Shown piece by piece: positions 27,265-36,580 of a DNA stretch of 53,623 nucleotides. Location: the IMG/VR virus record IMGVR_UViG_3300036784_000353, positions 1 to 53,623 of that record; one strand, given 5' to 3'. The notes under the pieces are model-generated. The model saw nothing but the letters and a program-made list of their open reading frames with translations, had not been told where the DNA came from and ran no database searches. The stretch is from a virus (taxonomy: Duplodnaviria > Caudoviricetes). The translations under genes were made by a program, and so were the position numbers. Each line of letters opens with the position of its first letter. The stretch's first letter is position 1.

Positions 27265-28932
27265 GTGTTCCGCCAGTTCCTACGCGCGCAGCTCACTCTC
27301 CTCTTCGTCTTCGGCTACCTGCTGCTGACCGTCAAGAAATGGCTCGGCAAAGTCGGCGAAGTCGGGAAAGCGGGGACGGCTGCGAACTGGGAAGGCGCCG
27401 CGCTCCCCGGGGCGTCGAGCGAAGCCGAATTCGTTGGGGAAGACAACAACGACTGCGAATGGAACTCGCGAACCAGCAAAGCCAAGCAGCTCGTCGTAGC
27501 GACGGGCTACACCGGCAAATGGACAAGCACGTCGACCGCGATGCTGACGTTGGGCACCACGTCGAGCACGGGTGTGGCGTTGAAACTCGTGTCGGGCATG
27601 AACTTCGCGGTGGCGGGCAGCATGGTCATCCGGTTCGTCGGGTCGTCGGGGACCGTGGAAACGGTCACGACGGCCGGCAAGTCGATGTGCACCCTGGAAT
27701 TCGCGGGCGGCGGATCGTACAAGCTGCTGGATGCGTTGACGTGCTCGACGGAATCGCTTGGTATCACGCTGGAACAGGGCACGCTCGACTTGAACGGCCA
27801 GACGGTGACGGTGCCGACCGTGAAAATGTCGGGGAGCACCGAACGGTCGTTGAAGATGGGCGGCGCGACGATCGTGCTGACGAACGGCGGGAACGCGTGG
27901 GCCGCCGAAAAATCAACGAGCTTGACGCTGCAGGAAGCGGCCGGTTCGACGATTGAACTGACGTTCTTCAGCGCGGAATTTCAGGGCGGCGGCTTGACGT
28001 ATGGCACCGTCCGCTTTGCCCCGGCCTCCCTAGGCGAACACCACCAAGGGATCCAGCAGTCCAATACGTTCGGGACTCTTGCGGTGAACAACAAAGGCGC
28101 AGGCGCGCCATTCGGCCTCGCGGTGGAAGCGGGCACCACCCAGACGGTCACGACCCTCACATGCAACGGCACGGCCGAAGCGCTAGGCCGCCTCGAATCC
28201 TCGAAAGCCGGGGAACCGTGGACCCTCAGTCTCCCTGCGGGCACGAAAGAACTCCCGCTCTACATCGCCTTGAAAGACGTGACGCTGGCGGAAGGCACGA
28301 CGCTGTACCTCCCGAACGGCAAAGACGAAGGCGGCAACAGCGCCAACATCCATTTCGAATCGCAGACCGGCAAAAAAACCTACGAAGCGGCGATCATCGG
28401 AAGCACAGGCACGCAGGGCGTCACGACAGGCCTTCTTGTCGCCAGTGGCGCGATCCAGACGCGCACCGGCACACGCCCCAACCTCACGGCCAAGCTGGTA
28501 GCCAGCGCATCAATCATCGGACGAGCCGGCGCCATCGCCAACACGACCGCTGGAAAGCTCGTCTCCGCAGCGATCACGTCGAGGACGGGAACCCAAGCGA
28601 CGCTCACAGCGCAACGCGTCGTTCAGGCGAGCGTGACCACGCGCACCGGGGCTCAGGCGATCCTCGCTGGCCGCCTTGTGGCAACAGGAATGACCGTCAG
28701 CCGAACGGGCACACGTAGCAGCCTGCACGCCCAGTTCACCGCGACGGCCACGATCAGTACCCGCACTGGCGCGATCGGAGTCGTCACGCTCCAGGAAGCC
28801 GCGCTCGTCTTCGCCTACGCCTACGGCGGGGCGCAGCTCGTCAGCCCCGCCATTGGCTCCGCCGCCGTCCTGGTTCCCGCCGCGGGTGGCGCGAGCGTCC
28901 TGATCCCGGCCGTTGGAGGTGTCGAGCTGTGA
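27265..28932 (+). CDS. Probable tail fibre/receptor-binding protein (beta-helix-like) with ~20-aa C-terminal repeats; start uncertain
   Basis: Thr/Gly-rich, GTLDLNGQTVT beta-helix-like motif; about 7 repeats with a (T/S)RTG core. Confidence 0.65.
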   Translation: MFRQFLRAQLTLLFVFGYLLLTVKKWLGKVGEVGKAGTAANWEGAALPGASSEAEFVGEDNNDCEWNSRTSKAKQLVVATGYTGKWTSTSTAMLTLGTTSSTGVALKLVSGMNFAVAGSMVIRFVGSSGTVETVTTAGKSMCTLEFAGGGSYKLLDALTCSTESLGITLEQGTLDLNGQTVTVPTVKMSGSTERSLKMGGATIVLTNGGNAWAAEKSTSLTLQEAAGSTIELTFFSAEFQGGGLTYGTVRFAPASLGEHHQGIQQSNTFGTLAVNNKGAGAPFGLAVEAGTTQTVTTLTCNGTAEALGRLESSKAGEPWTLSLPAGTKELPLYIALKDVTLAEGTTLYLPNGKDEGGNSANIHFESQTGKKTYEAAIIGSTGTQGVTTGLLVASGAIQTRTGTRPNLTAKLVASASIIGRAGAIANTTAGKLVSAAITSRTGTQATLTAQRVVQASVTTRTGAQAILAGRLVATGMTVSRTGTRSSLHAQFTATATISTRTGAIGVVTLQEAALVFAYAYGGAQLVSPAIGSAAVLVPAAGGASVLIPAVGGVEL

Positions 28933-29285
28933 GCATCAAGCGCTGCCCCGCTGGGAGCCAGATCATCTATCGCTTCGGGTTCCCCTCGCGCGAACTTACC
29001 GATGCCGAGCGCGAAACCCTCGAAGCCGGGCTCGGACTCCCCTCCGGCACCGGGATCGACCCGGCTGTCGTGAAGGTCGAATACGAGCCAAACGGCGAAG
29101 CCGTCAAAACGCTCGAAGCGATCATCCGCGACGGCCCAGGCGCATACCACGCCATCGTCGCGACCCCCGCGAGCGACAGCGCAGTCGGCCCGTGGCGGTT
29201 CCGCGGCGTCGGTTCAACCAGCGGCGGCGCCCCCGTAGCCGCCACAGACGATGTGGTTGTCCGAGTCACGCGCACCTTCGGCTAG
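28929..29285 (+). CDS. Minor tail protein
   Basis: GGAGGT RBS, IDP..V, RDGPGAYH, GPWRFR; GTGA coupling. Confidence 0.6.
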   Translation: MSIKRCPAGSQIIYRFGFPSRELTDAERETLEAGLGLPSGTGIDPAVVKVEYEPNGEAVKTLEAIIRDGPGAYHAIVATPASDSAVGPWRFRGVGSTSGGAPVAATDDVVVRVTRTFG

Positions 29286-30479
29286 ATGCCCAACCCCTTC
29301 ACCTACCTCGCCTACGACCTCGTGACGATGGCGCCACTCGACCTGCTGCCCTACACGAACGTCACGTTCGGGCAGAAGGTCAACTCGCCGGGATCCTGGA
29401 CGGGGCAGATCGATATCGCCGACCAGCGGGTCCAGTCGATCGAATACCTGAAGGCGACCAGCCCCGGCCGGACCGCCCTGTTCGTCGACTATCTCGGCGA
29501 GATCGTGTGGGGCGGCATCATCTGGACGCAGCGCTACCAGCAGACCACCAAGATCCTCACCGTCGGCGCGCAGGAGTTCGGCTCCTACCTCCAGTCACGG
29601 CTCCAAGCCGCGGACTACTCGACGACATGGGAAGCCGGCGAAGACCCGATGGCGATCGCCCAGCAGGTCGTCGAAGAAGCCCTCGCGAAAGGCCAGATCC
29701 TCGGCGGCCTGAAAATCGCGCTCTCACCCGCCAGCGGCTCCGGCCAGAAAGTCGCGGTCTCCTACCCCGGCAACCAGCTCCAGACAATCGACTCGGTGCT
29801 GCAAACCCTGTCGCAGATGGGTTTCGAGCTCGGCTTCGATTACGGCTTCACCTGGGAATACGTCAACGGCATCCCGGCGGTCACGCTCAACCTCTACTAC
29901 CCCCGGCAAGGCAGGACAGCCGACCAGTCGGGGATCGTGATCCTCGGCCGCAACGTGTGGGACTACACCTACGACCTCGACTCCTCGAAGCAGGCGAACG
30001 TGATCTCGGAGACCGGCTCGGGGTCCGGCGGCATCCAGCCGCTCGAGGCCGAAGCGGAGAACGTGATTGCCGCAGGCTACCCGCGTCTGGAAGCCGCGAT
30101 CTCCCACGTCCAGGTCAACGACGAGGGTGTCCTCGGCGACATCGCCCTCGGTGATCTCACCCTGCTGTCGTGGCCCGTCACAACCCCGTCGCTGACGCTC
30201 CCGATCCCTCAGCCGAACGAAAGCGGCACTCTCGACCCGTCGCTCATCACGTTCGGGCAGTTCGGCCTCGGAGACGACCTGATCTGGCAGGTCGACCCGG
30301 TGGCGGGCGAAGGGACGAACAGCGACCCGCGGTGGCCGAACGGCATGAGCTTCGAGTGGCGGATCACCGGTTGGACAGCAACGGTAAAGGAGAGCGGCGT
30401 GTCGACACTCCTGTTGGATCTTGGGCTCCCGCCCGTGTCCTCGGCGAACGTGCTCGCCCCGGCCCCGCCGTTGATGTGA
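29286..30479 (+). CDS. Minor tail protein (baseplate hub/Tal-like)
   Basis: YLAYDLVT..L, IVWGGIIW, GFDY, YPRLEA, FGLGDD, WRITGW motifs typical of actinophage hub proteins. Confidence 0.78.
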   Translation: MPNPFTYLAYDLVTMAPLDLLPYTNVTFGQKVNSPGSWTGQIDIADQRVQSIEYLKATSPGRTALFVDYLGEIVWGGIIWTQRYQQTTKILTVGAQEFGSYLQSRLQAADYSTTWEAGEDPMAIAQQVVEEALAKGQILGGLKIALSPASGSGQKVAVSYPGNQLQTIDSVLQTLSQMGFELGFDYGFTWEYVNGIPAVTLNLYYPRQGRTADQSGIVILGRNVWDYTYDLDSSKQANVISETGSGSGGIQPLEAEAENVIAAGYPRLEAAISHVQVNDEGVLGDIALGDLTLLSWPVTTPSLTLPIPQPNESGTLDPSLITFGQFGLGDDLIWQVDPVAGEGTNSDPRWPNGMSFEWRITGWTATVKESGVSTLLLDLGLPPVSSANVLAPAPPLM

Positions 30480-30715
30480 CCGGCATCAACCCGCCCGGCC
30501 GGCTCGGGCTGCTCACGCTCCTCAACGAACTTCAGCAGAAAGTCGAAGCGCTGGCACGCCAGCAGAACTTCGTCATCACCGACCCGACCCGGACCGAAGG
30601 CGACCCCGCCAACGGGCACGCCGTCATCGTCATCGGGAACCTGAAACCGATCACCGGGCTCCCTGGGTTCGGCCTCGCGTCCTTCCACACGGGCTCCTGG
30701 GTCCGCATCGCATAG
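30476..30715 (+). CDS. Small minor tail protein
   Basis: GTGA coupling; short coiled coil LNELQQKVEAL. Confidence 0.6.
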   Translation: MTGINPPGRLGLLTLLNELQQKVEALARQQNFVITDPTRTEGDPANGHAVIVIGNLKPITGLPGFGLASFHTGSWVRIA

Positions 30716-30724
30716 GAGGCCCAA

Positions 30725-31549
30725 ATGGCTTTGGTCAACCCGCCATTCGTCATACAGAGCGGCTCGCACGGCGCCGAACTGTTCCGGGACGCGATCTCGA
30801 CGCTGATCGGCTCGACGGGCGGCACCGTGACGACAAGCGACTACTCGGTTTCCGAACACGTTGCCGCGAACATGTCGGTCAACGTGGGGGTAGGGCAGGC
30901 GTGGGTGCCCGGGACCTCAACGACCTCACAGGGCCTCTACTACATTCGCAACGCGGCGACCGTCAACCTTGCGATCACCGCGTCGAACGAAACGAACCCG
31001 CGCATCGACAAGGTTGTGCTGCGGATCAAGGATGAAGCCTACGCTGGAACCGGCAATGAAGCCGTCCTCGAAGTCGTCAAAGGGACGGCCGAATCCGGTG
31101 CCACGCTGGCGAACCACAAAGGCGCTGGCGCGACGCCCGTCAGCTCCCTCCTGCTGGCCTATGTGCTCGTCCCGGCGAAAGCAACATCGATCGTGGCGGC
31201 GGACATCGAAAACGTCCAGCCCGCAGCGGCAGGCAACCTGCCGCCCCCAGCAAACGAATACGGTGCGCTCACGACACGCGGAGTAGAAACCGCGTATGAA
31301 GCGAGCCTGACCCGGCCAGCAACGGTCCTCCTGAACATCAAGTCCAAACTGGCCTGGGCGGTGCAGGTGCAGGTGATCGCCGTGACAGGCTCGGCGTTCG
31401 TTACGATCGCGTCCCCCGAAGCGGGCGCGCCCAGCACCGGGACCGCCACCACGGTCGTCACCTTCCCCCTCCCGGCACGGTCCCGCTGGCAGGTGAAACC
31501 GATCTCCGGCACGACCGAACTGATCCAGTCCAGCTACCTGCTGGCCTAG
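30725..31549 (+). CDS. Minor tail protein
   Basis: NMSVNV..G.AWV.G, TNPRIDKVVLRI.D, LLAYVLVPA..TSI motifs of actinophage minor tail proteins. Confidence 0.78.
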   Translation: MALVNPPFVIQSGSHGAELFRDAISTLIGSTGGTVTTSDYSVSEHVAANMSVNVGVGQAWVPGTSTTSQGLYYIRNAATVNLAITASNETNPRIDKVVLRIKDEAYAGTGNEAVLEVVKGTAESGATLANHKGAGATPVSSLLLAYVLVPAKATSIVAADIENVQPAAAGNLPPPANEYGALTTRGVETAYEASLTRPATVLLNIKSKLAWAVQVQVIAVTGSAFVTIASPEAGAPSTGTATTVVTFPLPARSRWQVKPISGTTELIQSSYLLA

Positions 31550-31559
31550 CCCCGTCGGC

Positions 31560-32492
31560 CTAGCCGACGATGATGACCTGCGCTTCGAGATGGACGACAG
31601 CGGGGGGCCATTCTTCGGTCACTTGCTGCGTGCATTCCGGCCCGCATGAGCGAGTCGCGGCGACGGTAGTGCCGCCGGGGTATCTGATCGTCAGATGGTT
31701 CGGCGGCCCCGAGACCGGCATCGTGCATACGGCGCGGGTCGAAGTCACCGGTGCTTCGCAGCTATCGCCGAAGGAATCTTCCACCCCGATGGAGCCAGCG
31801 CCCTCGAAGCTCGCATCCGTAACTTCGACTTCGCCCGTGGTGCCCACGCGAACGGTGGCGGAAGGGAACGTTTCCCCGCTCCCCCAAGCGCGCTGGATGA
31901 CTGCTGGGAACGGCTCGATCAGCTCGGGTTCGTTGCCCGTTGTGGCCGAGTTGGAGCCCGAGAGATACTCAACGACCGTCGTGTGCGTGCCATAGCTGGA
32001 GTAGGTCACGGGACACTCGCCTTCTGACGCGCTTGGCCCGACGTTGATCGAGCAGGCGAGCACGCCATCCGAGTAGAGATCGAGGATCCCTTCGGGAAGG
32101 GGAGCGGCTTCGGCGACCCGCGGGGTAGCGAGCATCGTCTGGCTTGCGCTGGCGGAGAAGCTGTAGGTGACCCGCAGCGGGTTCCCGGGGTCTTGGACGA
32201 AGCCCGGGTCCAGGTGCGTGTGCAGGCGGATCGTCGCCGGCACGGCGGTCGCGACGGGCGTGGCCTTGGGGGCTGGGGCTATCGTGGCCGGCTTCGGCGC
32301 AACGTAGACACACACCACCTCGCGGATCCTGTGGTGGTGCCGGCGGACGTGGCGGACCTCGCGGACATAGTGGACCCGGCACTTCTCGTGCCTCGGCCGA
32401 TGCAGGACATACACCTTGACCGGGCTGGCGCCTGCGCCCGATGCGAAAACGAGCGAGGCGAATACGACGAGAAGGAAAGCTAGTCTGCGCAT
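31560..32492 (-). CDS. Secreted protein with His/Arg-rich segment and Ig-like beta domains (moron candidate)
   Basis: Sec signal MRRLAFLLVVFASLVFASGAGA, GAAAGGA RBS, opposite strand to tail genes. Confidence 0.72.
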   Translation of the reverse strand: MRRLAFLLVVFASLVFASGAGASPVKVYVLHRPRHEKCRVHYVREVRHVRRHHHRIREVVCVYVAPKPATIAPAPKATPVATAVPATIRLHTHLDPGFVQDPGNPLRVTYSFSASASQTMLATPRVAEAAPLPEGILDLYSDGVLACSINVGPSASEGECPVTYSSYGTHTTVVEYLSGSNSATTGNEPELIEPFPAVIQRAWGSGETFPSATVRVGTTGEVEVTDASFEGAGSIGVEDSFGDSCEAPVTSTRAVCTMPVSGPPNHLTIRYPGGTTVAATRSCGPECTQQVTEEWPPAVVHLEAQVIIVG

Positions 32493-32588
32493 TGTCGTCA
32501 CGGTCCTTTCGTGATGGCCAGCCCCCCGGCCGTTAGCGCGGTGCGGGGGGCAACTTTCCAAGCATTGTCCTCCCAACCGGGCCGGAAG

Positions 32589-32816
32589 TCAAGCGCCGCC
32601 GCATTCCTTGTTGATCGCCGCCGGGCCACCCCGGAGTTCCCCGTTGACGATCGCCCCCGACCCCCAGGTCTGGATCACTTCGGCGCGCGTGAACGTGGTG
32701 AGCGTCTTGCAGCCGTTCTGCCACACCTTGTAGCTGGCTTCCGAAGGCGAGCTCGAGGAGCCGCAGCCCGCCAGCGCCAGCGCCGCGATCCCCGGGGCGA
32801 TCCATCGCCTCACCAT
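32589..32816 (-). CDS. Small lipoprotein (moron candidate)
   Basis: MVRRWIAPGIAALALAGC lipobox followed by a Ser-rich tether. Confidence 0.7.
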   Translation of the reverse strand: MVRRWIAPGIAALALAGCGSSSSPSEASYKVWQNGCKTLTTFTRAEVIQTWGSGAIVNGELRGGPAAINKECGGA

Positions 32817-32989
32817 CCCGTGACCGTATCACGAAACCCGAGGAGCCGAACTTGTCCGCGATCCCCCGCAGAGCAGGACTTCGCGCACCCAACGCGTTCG
32901 GATTGGCTCGATGAATGGGCGCCGATCGTCCGCAGCGCGAGAACGGGTCGCGCAGCCAGCCATCTACGACTGGGCGCAAGAGGGGACGT

Positions 32990-33160
32990 TTGCGCCTGCC
33001 GCCGTGGTTTATCGGCGCATTGGGGCTGGCGCTTCCGCTGATTACCGTTGGGGCATATCTGGGGGGTCCGCTCGGAGCGGTCCTCGCCGCCGTTGGCGGG
33101 CAGATGAGCACGGTCAGCGGCGTTCTGTTGGCCGTCACCTACAGGAACGGTCGGGAGTGA
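32990..33160 (+). CDS. Small membrane protein (lysis-associated?); start uncertain
   Basis: Hydrophobic ORF after a GAGGGG RBS with TTG start. Confidence 0.4.
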   Translation: MRLPPWFIGALGLALPLITVGAYLGGPLGAVLAAVGGQMSTVSGVLLAVTYRNGRE

Positions 33161-33245
33161 AGCTCCCGCGCGACAGGGATCTCGTCGGGCTGCTCGTCAC
33201 GGGAAGCGCGGCGATCTGGCTGCTGGCGACGGGGGTGATCCACCC

Positions 33246-33770
33246 ATGAAGCGGGACCACGCTGGCATCATCGCGGTCGTTGTCGCGATCGTCGGTGTCC
33301 TAGTCATCGGTGGTGCGGTGATCGCGATCGCCATCCACGACACGAACGCGGCAACCCATGCGGCCACCAAAGCCGAGCGGGCAACCAAGGCTCTGCGCGC
33401 CTATCAGATCGCTTCCTGCTATCGCGGCAACGAACGCACGCAGGCGGAAAACGGTGCGCGACTGGACGACTACCGCTTCGACACGACGACTGCCCATCTC
33501 GTGAAGCTCGCACTGACGATCCCGCATGCTCCCAACCCACAGGAGAGCGTGCAGCAGGAACGCGAAGGCCTCGCGCTCACAAAGGGCTACGTCCACAACC
33601 TCGAAGTCTTCGCCGAACACAAGGCATGGCACCCGCTGACGCCCAACTGCGAATACGCGGTGGACCACCCGCGGACCTATCACTTCCCCAAGGCGGTGCC
33701 GTTCGCCAGGCGTGAACCGCCGCCGGCTGCCCTGAGCAAGCTCGCGCGCTCCATTCCACCTGCTCGCTAG
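33246..33770 (+). CDS. Single-TM membrane protein in the lysis region
   Basis: N-terminal TM IIAVVVAIVGVLVIGGAVIAIAI, coiled coil and Cys pair. Confidence 0.7.
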   Translation: MKRDHAGIIAVVVAIVGVLVIGGAVIAIAIHDTNAATHAATKAERATKALRAYQIASCYRGNERTQAENGARLDDYRFDTTTAHLVKLALTIPHAPNPQESVQQEREGLALTKGYVHNLEVFAEHKAWHPLTPNCEYAVDHPRTYHFPKAVPFARREPPPAALSKLARSIPPAR

Positions 33771-33800
33771 CCCCAATCTCCTCTAGCTCCCGGAGGTCAC

Positions 33801-34754
33801 ATGCGCAAGTCCCTGCTTTTTGCGGTGCTCCTCGCTGCTCTGATCGTGGCTGGCTGCGGTTCCGCACCGGTATCTCCTCGCCGGCCGGCCCAGCTGGCCA
33901 CGACAGCCAAGGTGATCGCCCCGGATGGCCGGGAAGTCACCTCGCCGCTGATCCCGGCGGCGAGCATCATCGTGCCGCCGCAGTCATCGCGGGTGCCGAC
34001 CCCGACCGAACGCAAGCAGGAAGGGCCAATGCCCGTCGGGGTGCAACTCGGGTCGTCCCGCATCACGATCGACGAGGAAGGGCTGCAGGTCATCGGACGG
34101 GAAGAGGGATATGAGCGCTGCGCCTATTTCGATCCCTTCGGCGGGGTCTACACGGTGGGCTTCGGCCAGACCCGGCTCCCCAACGGACGACCCGTATACG
34201 CCGGCTTCTGCTTCGCCAGCTACCAGGCCGCGCTCAACAACCTGTCGACGAGCGTGCGCGACAGCTACGAGTGGGCCGTGCGCGAGGCCTGCGGCAACGC
34301 CTGCGGCCAGCACCAATACAACGCCCTCGACGACCTGGCGTACAACGTCGGCGCCTACGTGTTCCGCAATAACCGGGCGCTCTTCGACGACGTCCACCGC
34401 GGCGCGTTCTTCTCGGCCTGCTCGATCATGCGGGGCTACGACATCGCGGGCGGCCAGTACCTGAGTGATCTCGCGCGGCGCCGCGGCAACGAGTGCCGCG
34501 AAATCGAGAAGCCCATCGTCCGGCCGGAAACGCCAGCGCAGCGCGCCAGACGCATCCACGGCGAAAGGGTGGCTCGCCTGCACCGCGACTACCGCCGCCG
34601 CAGCTCGCTGAACCACGCGCTCGCGGGCTACAAGTGCCTGCGCGGCTACGACCACAAACCCAGGCATGTGAAGCACGCCTGCACGAAGTGGCGCAACGCG
34701 CACGCGCGGATCAACCGCGACATCGCACGCCTGCATCGAGAGGGAATCCGGTGA
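33801..34754 (+). CDS. Endolysin: GH24 (T4-type) lysozyme with lipoprotein signal peptide and basic C-terminal tail
   Basis: GLQVIGREEG..AYFD..VYTVGFG (E-x8-D..T), QHQYNALDDLAYNVG, L.RRR..E; lipobox IVAGC. Confidence 0.88.
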   Translation: MRKSLLFAVLLAALIVAGCGSAPVSPRRPAQLATTAKVIAPDGREVTSPLIPAASIIVPPQSSRVPTPTERKQEGPMPVGVQLGSSRITIDEEGLQVIGREEGYERCAYFDPFGGVYTVGFGQTRLPNGRPVYAGFCFASYQAALNNLSTSVRDSYEWAVREACGNACGQHQYNALDDLAYNVGAYVFRNNRALFDDVHRGAFFSACSIMRGYDIAGGQYLSDLARRRGNECREIEKPIVRPETPAQRARRIHGERVARLHRDYRRRSSLNHALAGYKCLRGYDHKPRHVKHACTKWRNAHARINRDIARLHREGIR

Positions 34755-35149
34755 GCGTCTGGCCACAGATCCAGGAGTGCTACGACGAGATGGTCCGGCT
34801 CGACGCGCTGAAGATCCCCTACGTGTACGGCGGCGCCACGTTGAAGGGCCTGGACTGCTCGAAAGCGGACTCGTGGGTGCTGAAAGCGGGCGGGATCCTG
34901 ACCGCCCTGATGGGCACCCATGAACTGGAACGCACCCCCGAGCTCGCCGACGGAGTCGGGCTCCACTTGACGCTTTGGGTGGCGAACACGGCGCTCTTGG
35001 AACACAGTCTTCTCGAGGCGACCATGCCGGGTAAGGGCCAGCAGTTCTGGGCCGCCCGGACGAAAGGGACGACGGTCGGGTTCTTCGATCTGCCCAGTGG
35101 CCGCGAGTACCTGATCGCTGCCGGATTCAAGCCAAGGAGACGACCATGA
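34751..35149 (+). CDS. NlpC/P60-like peptidase
   Basis: IPYVYGG..GLDCS motif and downstream EHS histidine. Confidence 0.72.
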   Translation: MSVWPQIQECYDEMVRLDALKIPYVYGGATLKGLDCSKADSWVLKAGGILTALMGTHELERTPELADGVGLHLTLWVANTALLEHSLLEATMPGKGQQFWAARTKGTTVGFFDLPSGREYLIAAGFKPRRRP

Positions 35150-36522
35150 TCAAGAAGCTCGGGCTCGCCGTAGCGCTTCTCGCCGTCCTACTCATCGTGG
35201 GCTGCGGCGGCGCAGCTCACACGACCCGTCAGGCGCCGCGGCCTGCGGGCTTTCGCGCGCCCACAGAAGGCCACAAGCCCGTCTTCAAGCTCGTGCCGTT
35301 CGCGGCCGCACACCAAGGCGTCCGTGCGACCGCGGCGATAGCGGTCCCCGCCGCGCCTGACGGCCCCGGCGGCTCGTGGAGCGTCGCGTACGCCGACGCG
35401 TTCGGTGCCCCGCTCGGTAGCGGCCCGGGCCTGGACGGCACGCTCGCGGCGCACTCCCACGACAACGGCTGCTGCTCGAACTCGAACGAAATCATGGCGG
35501 AGCGCCCGTCAAAGGTCGTCGAGGAAAACGGCCTGCTCAAGCTTCTCTGCACGAAGGAATCAGTCGTGAGCGGCAAGCCCTACACGTGCGGCGGCGTCTC
35601 GACCTCCTCGTTCAAGTGGCGCCCGGGCGGCGGCCAGAGCTTCGCCTTCGAGGTCGTGGCGCAGTTCCCGCCGCGCGATGAAGGCGAGGACCCCGGATGG
35701 TGGTCAACCGACGCCGGCTGGACCGACGAGGCGGACTTCTTCGAGGGCTGGGAGTGGAACCACACCGAATACTACGCGGGGCTGCCCGTCTGGAAAGCAC
35801 AGATCGGCGGCTGCGGCGTCAGCCACGAAGCGTACAAACTGGCGTCGGAAATCCCGAACCCCGAAACGGGCTTTCACACCTACACGACGGTCTTCAACTC
35901 CGACAACACCGAGGCGGAGTACATCGACGGCGTGAAGCGCTGGACGCTGCCAGCACCGTGCGGTGTCAACAAGCCGATGATGTCGCTGATCCTCACGCAC
36001 GCGCTGCGCCAGTCGAGCTCGCTCGCGGGTACCAACAGCTTCTCGATCAAGCGCATCGCCGTCTACGAGGACTCGGCGCACGCTGGGCAGAACATCGAAG
36101 GTGGCGGGCTCGCGCCGGGCACGACGGTCGGCGGCACACCGCCCCCACCGCCACCGGTGACGACCGAAACGACACCGCCGCCCCCGCCTCCTCCGCCGGT
36201 CACGACCGAAACGACGCCGCCGCCACCTCCGCCGCCGCCGGTAGAAACGCCGGCGACGCCCAGCGGCCTGAAGGCGACGCCGGGCACGGGCGCCGTCACG
36301 GTGAGCTGGAACGCCGATGCGGGCGCGTCGAGCTACCAGCTCTACCGCACGGGGCCGTGGCCGTCATGGGTGCCTGTCGGTCAGCCCTGGACGACCGTCA
36401 CAGCAACCTCGGCGGTAAACAAAGCCGAAGTCACGCCGGGGCGCCCGTACTGCTTCTGGCTCCGCGCCGTCAACTCGAAGGGCGCGAGCGCCAAGGCCGG
36501 CCCGGTCTGTGCGACGCCGTGA
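35146..36522 (+). CDS. Lipoprotein with GH16-like glycoside hydrolase, Pro/Thr linker and FN3 domain
   Basis: Lipobox IVGC; PGWW..EADFFE (ExDxxE), FHTY..YIDG; PATPSGLKAT..VSW..Y..RAVNSKGAS. Confidence 0.82.
   Translation: MIKKLGLAVALLAVLLIVGCGGAAHTTRQAPRPAGFRAPTEGHKPVFKLVPFAAAHQGVRATAAIAVPAAPDGPGGSWSVAYADAFGAPLGSGPGLDGTLAAHSHDNGCCSNSNEIMAERPSKVVEENGLLKLLCTKESVVSGKPYTCGGVSTSSFKWRPGGGQSFAFEVVAQFPPRDEGEDPGWWSTDAGWTDEADFFEGWEWNHTEYYAGLPVWKAQIGGCGVSHEAYKLASEIPNPETGFHTYTTVFNSDNTEAEYIDGVKRWTLPAPCGVNKPMMSLILTHALRQSSSLAGTNSFSIKRIAVYEDSAHAGQNIEGGGLAPGTTVGGTPPPPPPVTTETTPPPPPPPPVTTETTPPPPPPPPVETPATPSGLKATPGTGAVTVSWNADAGASSYQLYRTGPWPSWVPVGQPWTTVTATSAVNKAEVTPGRPYCFWLRAVNSKGASAKAGPVCATP
36139..36250 (+). 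repeat. Tandem coding repeat PPPPP(PP)VTTETT linker
   Basis: Two full and one partial copy visible in DNA and protein. Confidence 0.85.
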
Positions 36523-36580
36523 GTGCCGCTCCGACCGCGTAGAGCAGCCCCCCAAGTAGAGCCCCTAACGAAAGGAACCC

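Noticed and set aside
26616-31549. Diversity-generating retroelement or invertible tail-fibre cassette
   Set aside because: No reverse transcriptase, no invertase and no TR/VR-like repeat pair seen.
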